A stretch of DNA of 64,000 nucleotides from the NCBI RefSeq assembly GCF_009914755.1, contig NC_060937.1. One strand, given 5' to 3'. This stretch comes from the human T2T-CHM13v2.0 reference genome, Homo sapiens. Numbering within the stretch: the first letter of the stretch is position 1; the number at the start of each line of letters is the position of its first letter. A program made the position numbers and the translations under genes. The notes under the pieces were generated by a model. That model searched no databases. It was not told where the DNA came from and worked only from the letters and a program-made list of their open reading frames with translations. Shown here piece by piece: positions 22,801-36,890 of the stretch.

Positions 22801-25800
22801 CTGCCTTAAGGTATCTAATAATCAAACTCCCAAAGGTCAAGGGAAAAGAAAGGATTCTAAAAATAGCAAGAGAAAAGAAACAAATTACATGCAACGGAGC
22901 ACCAATATGTCTGGCTGCAGATGTTTCAGTGGAAACTTTATTGGTTTAGGAGAGAGTGGCATGACGTGCTAAAAAAAAAAAGAAACAACTTTTACCCTAG
23001 AAAAGTATATCCAGTAAAAATATTCTTTAAATATAAAGGAGAAATAAAGACTCCCAGATAAACAAAAGCTGAGGGATTTCATCAACACCAGACCTGTCTC
23101 ACAATAAACAATAAATAGAGTACTTCAATCTGAAATAAAATGATATTAATGAGCAATAAGTAATCCCCTGAAGATAAAAAAAACTCACTGGTAATAATTA
23201 GTACACAGAAAAATACAGAATAATATAATACTGTAAGTATGGTATGTAAACTACTCTTATTCTAAGTAGAAAAACTAAACAATGAACCATTCAAAAACAA
23301 TTACAACAACTCTTCAATACATAATCAATACAATAAGACATAAATAGAAACAAAAAAATTACAAAGCTTGGGGACAAAGTTAAGCAGTATAGCTTTTATT
23401 AGTTTTCTTTTTGCTCGTTTGACAGTTTGTTTATGCAAACAGTGTTAAGTTGTTACCAGGTTAAAATAACAGGTCATAAGATAAGATTTGTGAACCACAT
23501 AGTAACCTTAAACCAAAAAACATACAACAGAGACAAAAAAATATAAAGCAAGAAATTGAATTATAACACCAGAGAAAATCACCTTCACTAAAGGAAGACA
23601 GGAAGAAAAGATAGAAGAGAAGATCACAAAATAACCAGAAGACAAATAACAAAATGGCAGAAATGAGTCCTTACATGTCAATAATAACATTGAACATAAA
23701 TGGACTAAATTCTCCAATCAAAAGACAGAGTGGCTGAATGGATAAAAAGCTAAGATGCATTGATCTTTTGCTTACAAGAAATACACTTCATCTATAAAGT
23801 CACATATATATTGAAAATAAAGGGATGCAAAAATATATTCCATGCCCATGGATATAAAAAAGATTAGGATTTGCTATATTTATATTAGAAAAAGATTCCA
23901 AGAACAAAACTATAAGAAGAGAAAAAGAAGGTTACTATGTAATGATAAAGGGTTACTGTATAATGATAAAGGGTACAATTTAGCAACACACTATAAGAAT
24001 TTTAAATATATATCCACCCAACAGTGGAGCAGCAAGATATATGATGCAAATATTATTAGAGCTAATGACAGATAATAGGCCCCAATATAATAATACCTGG
24101 ATACATCAACAACCCACTTTCATCATTGGACAGACCTTTCAGACAGAAAATCAACAAAGAAATATCTGACTTAAGCTGCACCATAGACTAAATGAATCAA
24201 GTAGATATTTACAGAACATTTCATCCAAAGGCTGTAGAATACACATTCTTCTCCTCAGAAGGTGGATCATTCTCAAGGAGAGATCATATGCTAAATCACA
24301 AAACAAGTCTTAAAATATTCAGAAAAATAAAGTAATATTAATCATCTTTTCTGAACACAATGGAATTAAACTAGAAATTTATAACAAAAGGAATTTTGAA
24401 AACTATACAAATACATGGATATTAAACAATATACTCCTGAATGACCAGTGGGTCAATGTAGAACTTGAGAAGGAAATGGAAAAATTTACTGAAACAAAAT
24501 ATAATGGAAAGAGAACACACTAAAACCTATGGGATACAACAAAAGCAGTATTCATAGGGAAGTTAATAGCTATAAGTGCTTACATCGAAAAAGAGGCAAA
24601 TGTCAAATAAACAATTTAATGATGCATCTTAGAGAACTAGAAAAGCAAGAGCAAACAAAAGTCACTGTTAGTAGATGAAAAGAAAGAAAAAACATTACAG
24701 CGAAATAAATACATTTGAAATGAAAAAAACAACATAAAAATCAATGAAACAAAAAGTTATTTATTGAAAAGGTAAATGAAATTGACAAAATTTTAGGCAG
24801 ACTAAGAAAAAGAGAAGATCCAAATAAATAAAATCAGAAATGAAAAAGGAGACATTACAAATGATACTGCAGAAATTCAAAGGATCATTACTGGCTACTG
24901 TGAGCAACTATATGCCAATAAACTAGAAAATCCAGAAAAAATGTACAAATTTCTAGACACATGCAACATACCAATATTGAGCGAGGAAGAAATTAAAAAT
25001 CTGAACCAACTAGTAACAAATAAGAACATCAAAGCTGTAATAAAAATTCTTCCAGTAAAGAAAAGCTTGGGACTTGATGGTTTCACTGATGAATTCTACA
25101 AAACACTGAAAGAAGCACTAGTATCAATTCTACTCAAAGTGTTCCAAAAACAGAGAAGGGAATACTTATAAATTCATTCTGAGGCCAGGGTTACCCTGAT
25201 GCCAAAACCACACAAAGACACATAAAGAAATAAAATGACAGGCCAATATTTATCATGAATATTTATGTAAAAATTCTCAACAAAATGCTAGCAAACAATA
25301 CATTAGAAATTGTGACCAAGTAAGTGGAATTTATCCCTGGAATGCAAGGATGGTTCAGTATATGCAAACCAATCAGTGTGGTACATCATATCAACAGAAT
25401 GAAGAATAAAATCATATGATCATTTCAACTGATGCTGGAAAATCACTTGATAAAATTCAACATTGTTTCATAATAAAAACCCTCAAAGATCTGGGGATAG
25501 AAGGAACATGCCTCAACATAACAAAAGCATATATGACAGACCCACAGCTAGTATCATACTGAATGGGGAGAAACAGAAAGCCTTTTCTCTACAATCTGGA
25601 ATGCAACCAGGATGTTTACTGTCGCCACTGTTTTCAACATAGGACTGGAAGTCCTAGCTAGAGCAATGAGACAAGAGAAGGAAATAAAGGCCATACAAAT
25701 TGGAAAGAAAGAAGTAAGATTATCCTTGTTTGCAGATTATATGAGCTGATATGTGGAAAAACTAAAAGCCTCCACCATAAAAACTATTAGAACTGATAAA

Positions 25801-28800
25801 TTCAGGAAGGTTGCAAGATACAAAATTAACATATAATAATCAGTAGCATTTCTACATGTCAACAGTGAACAATGTGAAAAATAAATTTAAAAAGTAATTA
25901 CATTTACAATGGACACATATAAAATTAAATATCTAGAGATTGAAGGTGGCAGAAGCCCATCTGGAGCAGCTGCTGCAAAGACACCAGCTGCAGCAGGGGA
26001 GGCAAAGCCTGGGCTACACACTCCGAAGAGCTGGCAGGGGCAAGAAACAGGTGATCCCAGTGGGAGCCCTGCAGGGCAGGAGCCCAGATTCTTGGGCACG
26101 GCTGCAGCTGCCCAGCTGCAGGCCCAGACCCAGGCCATCCCTAGAGGCCCAGGAAGCTGCCTGCTCCCATAGGCTCAGAAGTGCCTGCTCCCACTGTCTG
26201 GCCTCTTCCTCCTACAGGCACCTGCTCTGGTGTGGAGCAAGTTGTGATTGAGCCTGGATACTATTGAGACCCAGCTGGGTGTGCACGCACTCAGGGCACT
26301 TCTGACATGACAGCCCACTCTCACCTTGGCCCCCTTGGCCACACCAGACATTGGGCAGTGATGAGCATGGGACAGAGGCGGGGGAGCTGAGAGCAGCTCA
26401 GCACAGGCCTCTGAGTGCCCCTCGTCATGGACAGCCTGGGCACTGTGGATGACATGTTGATGTCAGCGGAAGGGAGACAGGTTCATAGGAAGTAAGAGGT
26501 TGGTCTCTGGTGAAACCCCACCTTCAAGCCAGGATGGACTGAAACCTTTGGGCCAGGCTGCCAGATCTGGGGAGAGTCTGTAACCCAGAGTAAGAAATTC
26601 ATTGATGTCTTTCAGCCAATGGTGCTTTTTCCAGGCCTGCTCATAGCTGCTCATGGGCCATTTAGCATGAACTTCCTCCATTCTGAGCACATAAAAAACC
26701 CAGACTTAACCATACTCAGACACTCTCTGGGAAAACTTGCCTGCAGAAAGGAGCTACTCATTTTGGGTCTCCTGAGAGCTGTTCTGTTGCTCAAAAAAGC
26801 TCCTCTCTGCTTTGCTCATCCCCTAGTTTTCCCTTGTAACCTCATTCTTCCTGCACATTGGACAAGAACTTAGGAACTCATGAACGGCAGGAGCTGTAAC
26901 AAGTTTCTGGCTGGCTCACCAAGCTTCAGTCAGTGACACACTTCCAGACTGTGGGAGTGAATAGCGGTGACACTTCTGGGGGCCCAGACCTCAGAGTTCC
27001 CCAGGCCAGATCTACTGTAACACTATAACCCTCTTGCCCTCTGCTGGCACTGGGTGGCTGCCCTACATAATGGGAAGTAGTGGCAGGGCTGGGCCAGCCC
27101 AGGAGTCATGGGTCAGAACAGGACAGCAGGACTGAAAAAGCTGTAACACAAATGGGCTAAAACATGCTCCACTGAAACACCCCCACACCCCGCTTGTCAC
27201 AATTCAGGCAGTTGAAAGGAGAGAAGAGTTCCAGGCTTTCTGGAGGCCCAGACCTTGGGGCTCCTAAAGCCTGGGCTGTAACACATGGTAAAACCCTCTT
27301 TGGACTCTGTGGTTCCTGGTGTCTCTGAGCTTTCAGGTGCCATCATGTTTCCTCGTGCCCATGGCGGAAGCCACTTTTGGTACACCTCATTCAACTGCAG
27401 CCTCACACAGAGCTGGTGCCTGTGCCAGTTCCTGGAGCTGCCCACCCTTCCTCAGCTGGCACACCTGGCTGTGTGCAGTGGCTGGACCCTGCACTCACTT
27501 GCGCATACACCCCTTGCCATTCTGTGCCTGGTTTGCCCTTTTCAGGTGCGGGATCCAGATGAGTGGTGCAAGCTGAATGCAGCCTGCTGGGCCAAGTGGG
27601 CAGAATGAGCCCGGTGGGCATGAGCAAAACCCAAGCAGAGGCGATGCCAGCCACAGAGGTTCCTAGCTGGTGAAGTGACATCCTAAGGATCCTGTGACAA
27701 AATTAACTTAACCAAAGAAGGGAAAGATCCCTATAATGACAACTATAAAACGGTGATGAAAGAAATTAAAGAGGACACCAAAAATGGAAAAATATTCCAT
27801 GTTTATGGATCAGAAGAATCAGTATTGCTAAAATGTCCATACTACTAAAAGCAATCTACAGAGTCAATGCAATCCCTGTAAAAATACGAGTGACATTCTT
27901 CACAGAAATAGAAAACACAATCCTATAATTTATATGAAACCGATATAAACCCCATATAAATTCTAAAGTTTATGCGACTATTATAAAGACCTGTAATAGT
28001 CAAAGTCACCCTAAGCAAAAAGAGCAAAAGTGAAAGAATCACATTACTGACTTCAAATTATTCTGCAGAGCTATAGTAACCAAAGCAGCATGGTACTGGC
28101 ATAGAAACAGACATGTAGACTAATGGAATGGAACTGAGCAACCTGAAAGAAATCCACACACCTACAGTGAGCTCATTTTTTATAAAGGTCCCAGGAACAT
28201 ACAGTAGGGAAAAGACAGTATCTTCAGTAAATGATGCTGGGAAAACTAGATATCCATATGCAGAATAATGAAACTAGAAACTAGACCTTTATTTCTCATT
28301 GTATACAAAAATCAAATCTAAGCCTTAAATGTAAGACCTCAAACTATGAAACTACTACAAAAAAAAACTTTGGGGAAGATCTTCAAGATATTGGTCTGGG
28401 CAAAAGTTTCTTGAGCAATACACTAGCAACCAAAGCAACAATGGACAAATGGGATCACATCAAGTTAAAAACCTTCTCCACAGCAAAGGATACAATCAAC
28501 AAAGTGAAGAAACAACCCACAGAATGGTAGAAAATATTTGTAAATTACCCATCTGACAAAGAATTAATAATCAGAATTTATATGGAGCTCAAACAACCCT
28601 GTAGGAGAAAATCTGATAATCTGATCGAAAAATGGGTGAAAGATTTGAATAATTATTCCTCAAAGGAAGACATAAAAAAGGCAAACAGGGATATGGAAAG
28701 GTACTCAATATCATTGGTCATCAGAGAAACACAAATTAAAACTACAATGAGTTATTATCTCATCCCAGTTAAAATGGCTTATTTCCACAGCACAGGAAAT

Positions 28801-29720
28801 AAATGCTGGCAAGGATGTGGACAAAAGGGAACCCTCATGAACTGTTGGTGGAAATTAGTACAATCACTATGGAGAACAGTTTGGAGGTTCCTCAAAGAAC
28901 TACAAATAGAGTTACCATATGACCCAGCAATTCCAGTCCCAAAGAAATGAAATCAGTATGGTTCTGAGAAAACTGGAAATTCATATGCAGAATAAAATTA
29001 GACCCCCATCTCTTGCCATACACAAACATCAGATCAAAATGATTTAAAAACTTAAATCTGAGACCTGAAACTATGAATCTAGGAAATCAGTATATCAAAG
29101 AGATATCTGCAATCCTATGTTTGATGCAGCACTGTTTATAATAGTTAATATTTGGAAGCAACTTAAGTGTCCATCAGCAGGTGAATGGATAAAGAAAATG
29201 TGATGCATATACACAATGGAGTACTATTCAGCCATTTGAAAAAATGAGATCAAAATTGGAGATCATTCTTTAAAGTGAATTAAGCCAGTTACAGAAAGGC
29301 AAACATCACATGTTATCACTTGTGGGATCCAAAAATCAAAACAATTGAACTCATGGACACAGAGAGTAGAAGGATGGTTACTGAGGCTGGTAAAACAGTG
29401 GGAGGGGTGTAGGGGAAGTAGGGATAATTAATGCATACAAAAATAGAAATAATGAATAAGATCTACTATTTGATAGCACAACAGGGTTACTATAGTCAAT
29501 AATAACTTAATTGTACATTTTAAAAGAACTTGGGTGTACTTGGATTGTTTGTAACTCAAAGGCTAAATGTTTGAGCAGATGGATACCCCATTCTTCATGA
29601 TGTGCTTATTTCACATTGCGTGCCTGTGTCAAAACATCTAATTATATATATATATACTTACTATATACTCACATAAATATATATACTTACTATATACTCA
29701 CCAAAATTGAAAATTAAAAA
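22801..29720 (+). mobile_element. L1MA (about L1MA1-3): ORF1 end, decayed ORF2, 3'UTR; interrupted by MER52
   Basis: ORF2 start region near 23653 (taataacattgaacataaatggactaaattctccaatcaaaag); RT ttgtttgcagattatatg; 3'UTR gatagcacaacagggttactatagtcaataataa. Confidence 0.92.
25941..27699 (+). mobile_element. MER52-family solo LTR (ERV1), 1.76 kb
   Basis: GC-rich block tgaaggtggcagaagcccatctggagcagc ... ggatcctgtgaca splitting L1 ORF2; imperfect TSD agat/aaat. Confidence 0.8.
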
Positions 29721-30826
29721 GTAAATACTACTACTGGTATAAAGTGGTAATAACTGGGTATATTATTTGCCCCTACCTGATCGCTATTCTGATTGATAAT
29801 TTTTTCACACAGTTATTAGCCATTTCCATAAACATTTCTTCGTGTTCGAATCTTTGATTTTTGTTCCATTAATATCTTTGTACTTTATATTATGAAAACA
29901 ATGCTTTTATTACATGTGTTGAATATGTAATTTCCATATTTGAAATATTGTATTCTTTCACTTTATTGAGGTTTAAATAACTAGATATAAGTACAAAAAA
30001 AGGTATTGATATGAACATACAAAAAGTTTATCAATTAAAGGGATTTTAAGTCAAAATTTTATGTTTTAGGATATTTTTAGATTTAAAAAACCCTACCTTG
30101 ACATATTTAGTAGATTGTCCTACTTTTTTTCAAACATGTTATTTTTTTTTCTTTTTGCAATTATACCATTAATTTATTTGTAATTGATTTTTATTAGATC
30201 TAGTGTAAGGTAGTGACATAAACTATTGTCATTCATGCATAGCCAATAGTACTAACAATATTTATTAAACAGCAATATGCTTACTAGAAATTGAAAGTGC
30301 TAGTTCTGGCATATGTCAAGTTTATGATCTGAATGCATGCAATAGTGGCTTCATTTCCTGTATCATTGATTTCTTTGTCATGTCATGCTGTCTTAATTAC
30401 TATAGCTTTGGAATAAATTATGTTATTTTGATTTAAATGTTATCTAATATATAGAACAATTTAGGAATATTTAAATATATTTGATATGAAAAATTACTAT
30501 CGGATTGCATGCCTCAAATTAAACATTGTCTAATGTCCTTCAGTAAAGTTACGTGTGTCTCTCTCAAAAAAAGTGTTCCATATCTCAGAATTTTCCTAAG
30601 TATCTAATTTTTGTTGTAATTGTAAAAAAAAGACCCACCTCATCACACTCACAAATTGTATTATTTAAATTACTGTTTAAAATTTCATTTGTAAAGCAAA
30701 TATATGCCAGGAAAAATGATAATTAAGCTGTAGAAAATTAAAGAAAACTAAAACAACAATAAAACCTTGAAAGCAGGCTGAGAGAAAGAACATATTATCT
30801 ATAGGGAATCACCATTTCAAAAGATA

Positions 30827-31259
30827 TGTGAAAAATATATATATCTTGGGCTCCTTCAAGCTGGGAACCATTCAGGACAAATCCACCTTTTCTATTCAAA
30901 GTCATAGTTCCTCTGCTCACAGAGATAGATGCATATTGTGATTGCCTCCTTTGGAAAGACTTATGAGAAACTCAGAAGAATGCAAGCATCTGTCTCTCAC
31001 CTACCTGTGACCTGGAAGCCTCCAGTGGGAGGGCCTTGTTTTGAGTTGTATTAGCCTTTCTGGATGGAACTAAAATCGTTTTTACATATATTGATTGATG
31101 TCTCATGTCTCCCTAAAATGTATAAAACCAAGCTGTGCCCCAAACACCTTAGACACATGTCTTCAGAATCTCCTGAGGCCGTCACAAGCGTGTCCTCAAC
31201 CTTGGCAAAATAAACTTTCTAAATTAACTGAGATCTGTCTCAAATTTCCTGGGTTTGCA
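30827..31259 (+). mobile_element. MER4A-type solo LTR inside an old L1 relic (about 30700-32340)
   Basis: gattgcctcctttggaaag...tgtataaaaccaagctgtgccc...cttggcaaaataaactttctaaattaactgaga. Confidence 0.8.
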
Positions 31260-31884
31260 CTTATGTGAAACCATGGAGTTCAGCAGGAAGTGGCAAGATA
31301 TTTTTCAAATGGTTAAGGAAAAGTGTTGTCAACTGAAAATTGTATATCCAACATCACTGTACTTTAGGGAAGAAAGAAAAATACAGGTATTCTCAAACAA
31401 AGATGTAAAATACTTGGTAGTAGGCCTGAAGACTGGCTAATGGAAATTTTTCTAACAGAAAGAAAGTGGTAGAAGCAGCAAACTTGGAACATTGAAGGAA
31501 GAAATAAAATAGAAAAAGAAAAAAATGATTATTTATAAGAGGCTGTCCTCTTGAGTTTCACAAATCATATGGTGATTTAAATAAAAACTATAACACCATC
31601 TGATTTTAAGGCTATGATATGTACCAGTGGCCAAAGTAAAGGGAACTAAACTGATGTAAGGTTTCCACACTTCACACGCACACATACATACACATGCACA
31701 CATTCAAAATGAAAAAATATTGTTACCAATAGACTCTGATATGTCACATGCATATATTCTAAAACTCAGAGCAACCACTAAAATATATGCAAAGGAGATA
31801 TACTCAAAATGCTATTATTAATCAAGATGGAATCCAAATTCCATATAGAAATAACCGAAAAGAAAGGCAATAAAAGATAAACAG

Positions 31885-32180
31885 ATTATGTAAAGTGAAG
31901 TAACTAAGAAACAGAAAGTCAAATACCATATGTTCTCACATAAGCTGAAGCTAAATAATGTGTTCAAATAGACATGAAAAGTAGAATAAGCATTGCAGAG
32001 TTGGAAGAGTAGGAGGGTGGGACAGCAATGAGGGATCAGATAATACTTAATGGGTACAATGTATGTGAGTGTTGGCTACAGTAAAAGCCCAAACTTCACC
32101 ACTAAGAAATATATCCATGTAACAAAAGTGCACTTATATCTGCTAAATTTATACAAGTAAGACTTTTTTTAAAAAAGAAA
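31885..32180 (+). mobile_element. L1PB-type 3' end fragment
   Basis: aagtgaagtaactaagaaacagaaagtcaaataccatatgttctca...atatatccatgtaacaaaagtgcac. Confidence 0.7.
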
Positions 32181-33233
32181 CAGCAGAATGAGAACCACAG
32201 AAAACAAATAAAATCTCAAACTTAAGCACTAACATAGCAATAATTAATATAATTGATCTAAACACGTAAAAAAAGACAAGCTTGGCAGAATGGATATGAA
32301 AATATGATCCAACTATATTCTCTTTACAAAAGTTGTAACTGGTCATAGCAAGTTATTGCAAAGTTTTTTTCCCTTCAACAGAGTTTTTTTGTCTAGCCTT
32401 GGTTCTGTTATCTAAACAAGTAAGCTCCTATACCATTCTGGGATTCAAATGCATTAATATTCCCAGATGAGGAGACTGTTGTGATTCAAGAACTCCTCCT
32501 GAAGTTTACTCACTTTCATCCCTTACTCTCTGAGTGAGTATTTTTAGGGTCCCCTCCATCACTTTCCTACGGGAAACAAGAGATTTACTAGAATGATTGA
32601 AACTTTATATATATTGTAAGTTTCTTTACTTCTATTGCTTGGTTCAGCTGAAAGATTGTGAAAAGAGATGGTTTTTATATTTATATAATTTTTATGTCGG
32701 GAATTCTCTCCTGATCTCAGTAAAGGGTCCCATCATATATAGTCACTTATAAAACAGTAATAATAAGAAAAATTTTTGGTGTGTTACATTCCTGAGACTT
32801 TCTACAAAATCCAAAAATATTGATTTTCATCCAAAATATGCACTATCTTCATTCTTTATTTCTATTCAGCCTCACCTCTAATTCATCAAGCCATACTTAA
32901 CCTGTCACCAAGCCTCCATTAATCTTCTAAATTACTTTATTTCTTGATTCTTGCTTTATTTAATTCATTCTCTATAAAGAAGTCATTTCTTATGAAATAT
33001 AAATCTCATTTTTGTATTATTCTACGTAAAACTGTTATTGGCTTCATATTTTTCATGGAATAGGTATGACCAGTTCTACTATGACATAATAGTCTGCAGC
33101 TTATTTTCATCTTCAGCAAGTTTTTATTTTATTTTTTAATAGTTTACTAATATTTTTATTTGATACATGTTTCAATTATTTATATATTGGGTTTAAAATA
33201 TAGTAAATTATTAAAATTAATTTTAACTCTATC

Positions 33234-35270
33234 TTTTTTTAACTTTCGTTTCAAGTTCAGGGGTACAAGTGCCGGTTCATTACATAGATAAACTTGTGTC
33301 ATGGGGGTTTGTTGTACAAATTATTTCATCATTCAGGTAGTTTTTTAATGGCTGTATAGTATTCCATGGTGTATATGTACCAAATTTTCTTTATCCAGTC
33401 TATCATTGATAAGCATTTAGATTGATTTCATGTGTTTGTTATTGTGAACAGTGCTCCAATGAACATACATGTACGTGTGTCTTTACAATAGAATATATTC
33501 CTTTGGATGTATACCAAATAATGGGATTGCTGGGTCTAATGATATTTCTGTCTTTAGGTCTTTGAGGAATCACCACACTATCTTTCACAGTGGCTGAACT
33601 AATTTACACTCCCATCAACAATGGGTGTACAAGTGTTCCTTTTTCTCCACAACTTCATCAGCATCTGCTATTTTTTGACTTTCTAATACCAGACATTCTG
33701 ACTGGTGTGACAGGGTATCTCATTGTGGTTTTCATTTGCATTTCTCTGATGATCAGTGATGTTGTGCTGCATCTATGTCTTCTTTTGAAAAGTGCCTATT
33801 CATGTCTTTTGCCCACTTTTTTATAGAGCTGTTTTTTTTTCTTGTAAACCTATTTAAATTTCTTATAGATAGATGCTGGATATTAGACCTTTGTCAGATG
33901 CATAGTTTGCAAAAATTTTCTCCCATTCTGTATGTTTTCTGTTTACTCTGTTGATAGTTTTTTTGTGTGCAGAAACTCTTTAGTTTAATTAGATACAGTT
34001 CGTCAATTTTTGCTTTTGTTGCGATGGCTTTTGGTGTCTTTGTCATGAGATCTTTGCTGTGCCTCTGTCCTGAATGGCATTGCCTTCCAGGGTTTTTATA
34101 GTTTTGGGTTCCAAATCAGTAAATGTGATTAATCACATAAACAGATCTAAGACAAAAACCACATGATTATCTCAATAGATACAGAAAAGGCTTTTGATAC
34201 AATTCAACATCCATTCATGTTTAAAATACTCAATAAACTAGGTATTAAAGAAGCATACCTCAACACAATGAGCCATATATGACAAACCTGCACCCAACTT
34301 CATACTGAATGCACAAAAACTGGAAGCATTCCTCTTTAAAACCAGCACAAGAAAAAGATGCCCTCTCTCACCACGCCTATTTAACACAGTATTGAAAGTT
34401 CTGGCTGGGACAATCAGACAAGAGAAAGAAATATAGGGCATCCAAATAGGAAGAGAGGGAGACAAGCTATTCCTGTTTGTAGACAACATGATCCTATATC
34501 GAGAAAACCCAACAGTCTCAGCCCAAAAGCTTCTTAAGCTGATAAACAACTTCAGCAGTATCAGGATACAAAATCAATGTGCAAAAATTACTTGCAATCC
34601 TATATACCAGCAGGCAAACTGAGAGCCAAATCGCAAATGAACTTTCATTCACAATTGCCACCAAAAGAATAAAATACCTAGAGATACAGCTAACTAGGGA
34701 GGTGAAAGATCTCTACAAGGAGAACTACAAACCACTGCTCAATGAAATCGGAGATGACACAAACAAATGGAAAAACATTCCATGCTCATGGATAGAAAGA
34801 ATCAGTATCATTACAATGGCCCTACTCCCCAAAGCAATTTATAGATTCAATGCTATTCCTATGAAACTACCACTGACATTCTTCACAGAATTAGAGAAAA
34901 CTATTTTAAAATTCATATGGAACCAAAAAAGAGCCCGAATAGCCAAGGCAATCTTAAGCAAAAAAGAACAAAGCTAGAAGCATCATGCCAGCTGACTTCA
35001 AACTATGCTTCAGGGCTACAGTAACCAAAACAGTATGTTACAGGTACAAAAACAGACACATAGACCAATGGAACAGAATAGAGAACTCAGAAATAAGACT
35101 GCACACATAAAACCATCTGATCTTCGACAAATCTGACAAAAACAAACAATGGGGAAAAGATTCCCTCTTTAATAAACGGTGCTGGGGTAATTGGCTAGCC
35201 ATATGCAGAAGACTGAAACTGGACCCCTTTCTTATACCGTATACAAAAATTAACTCAAGATGGATTAAAA
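33234..35270 (-). mobile_element. Older L1PA with 5' inversion
   Basis: L1 3' end on the minus strand at 33234-34110, then + strand ORF2 at 34111-35270 (ORF 34579-34977 [10 protein letters not shown]...[10 protein letters not shown]). Confidence 0.9.
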
Positions 35271-35534
35271 TCTTCTTATTTTTTATATGTAAACAAAGGT
35301 CACTTCCATTCCTGAAGGAACAGTCTATGCTGTTCATTCTATGCTGTTACATTCAGTCTATGCCCTTAGGGCTACATCATCTATTCACTAGCACCTATTT
35401 AAGTCAGGTTTCTGTGGTCACTCTACCTCTCAGAATCTATTAAATAAATGGCCTCCTGTGGACAAATTCAGTCAAGAGCTCTCAGTCCTTATGTGAAACA
35501 TTTTCAACAAACACAGTATTGACTATTTCACTAA

Positions 35535-36890
35535 TTTTTTTAGCTTTCATTTTAGGTTCAAGATTACATGTGCAGGTTTGTTATATAGGTAAATTGCATG
35601 TTACAGGGTTTTGGTGTACTAATTATTTGTCATCCAGGTAATAGGCATAGTACCCAATGGTAGTTTTTCAAGCCTCTCCCTCCTCCCAGCCTTCACCCTC
35701 AAATAGTCCCTGCTATCAATTGTTTCCTTTTTTGTGTCCATGTGTTCTCAATATTAAGCTCCTACTTATAAGTGAGAACATGCAATATTTGGTTGTTTGT
35801 TCCACGTTTAGTTCACTTAGAATAATGGCCTCCAGCTCCATTTATGTTGCTGCAAAGGACATGATCTTATTCTTTTTTTAAGACTGCATAGTATCTCATG
35901 GTGTATATGTGCCACATTTTGTTTATCCAGTCTACCATTGATGAGCATTTAGGTTGGTACCATGTTTTTGTTCTTGTGAATGTTGCTGTGATAAACATCC
36001 GTGTGGATGTGTCTTTATGGTAAAATGATTTATGTTCCTTTGGATATACACTCAATAATGAAATTGCTAGGACAACTGGTAGTTCTAAGTTCTTTGAGAA
36101 ATCACCACACTGCTTTCCACAATGACTGAACTAACTTACATTCCCATCAGCAGTGTATAAGCATTCACTATTAAACACAGTACTGGAAGTCCTAGCCAGA
36201 GTAATCAGGCAAGAGAAAGAAGTAAAAGGCATCTAAATAAGAAGAAAGAAAGTCAAACTAACTGTACTATTTTGTTTTCACGCTGCTGATAAAGACATAC
36301 CGAAGAATGGGCACTTTACAAAAGAAAGAGGTTTAATTTGATTTACAGCTCCACATGGCTGGGGAAGCCTCACAAACATGGCAGAAGGCAAGGAGGAGCA
36401 AGCCACTTCTTACATGGATGGCAGCAGGCAAAGAGAGAATGAGGAAGATGCGAAAACAGAAATGCCTGATTAAACCATCAGATCTTGTGAGACTTAGTTA
36501 CCACCATGGAAACAGTATGGGGGAAACCGCCCTCATGATTTAATTGTTTCCCACCAGATCTCTCCCACAACAGTGGGAATTACAGAAGTATAATTCAAGA
36601 TGATATTTGGGTGGGGACACAGAGCCAAACCATATCACTAACCCTGTTTGCAGACGATATGATTCTATACCTAGAAAACTCCATAGTCTCTTCCTAAAAG
36701 CTCCTTGATCTGATAAACTACTTTAACAACATTTGGGGGTATAAAAGCAATATATACAAAATTAGTAGCATTCCTATATACCAATAACATTCAGGCTGAT
36801 TGCCAAATGAAGAATGTAGTTCCATTCACAATAGCCACAAAAAGAATAAAATACCTAGGAATACAGCTAACCATGAGATGAAATATTTCT
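35535..36890 (-). mobile_element. Second older L1PA with inverted ORF2 segment, interrupted by THE1
   Basis: Minus-strand 3'UTR to about 36166, then + strand gtactggaagtcctagccagag...ctgtttgcagacgatatgatt...tacctaggaatacagctaacc. Confidence 0.85.
36263..36637 (-). mobile_element. THE1 (C-like) solo LTR
   Basis: tgtact...gctgataaagacatacc ... ccaaaccatatca; perfect 5-bp TSD ctaac. Confidence 0.92.

Noticed and set aside
25941-27699. GC-rich block with several ORFs as a gene or CpG-island promoter
   Set aside because: CpG-poor, bounded by TG...CA and splitting L1 ORF2; it fits a MER52 LTR.
34579-34977. 132-aa ORF (also 28582-28950) as cellular coding sequence
   Set aside because: Both are L1 ORF2 fragments.
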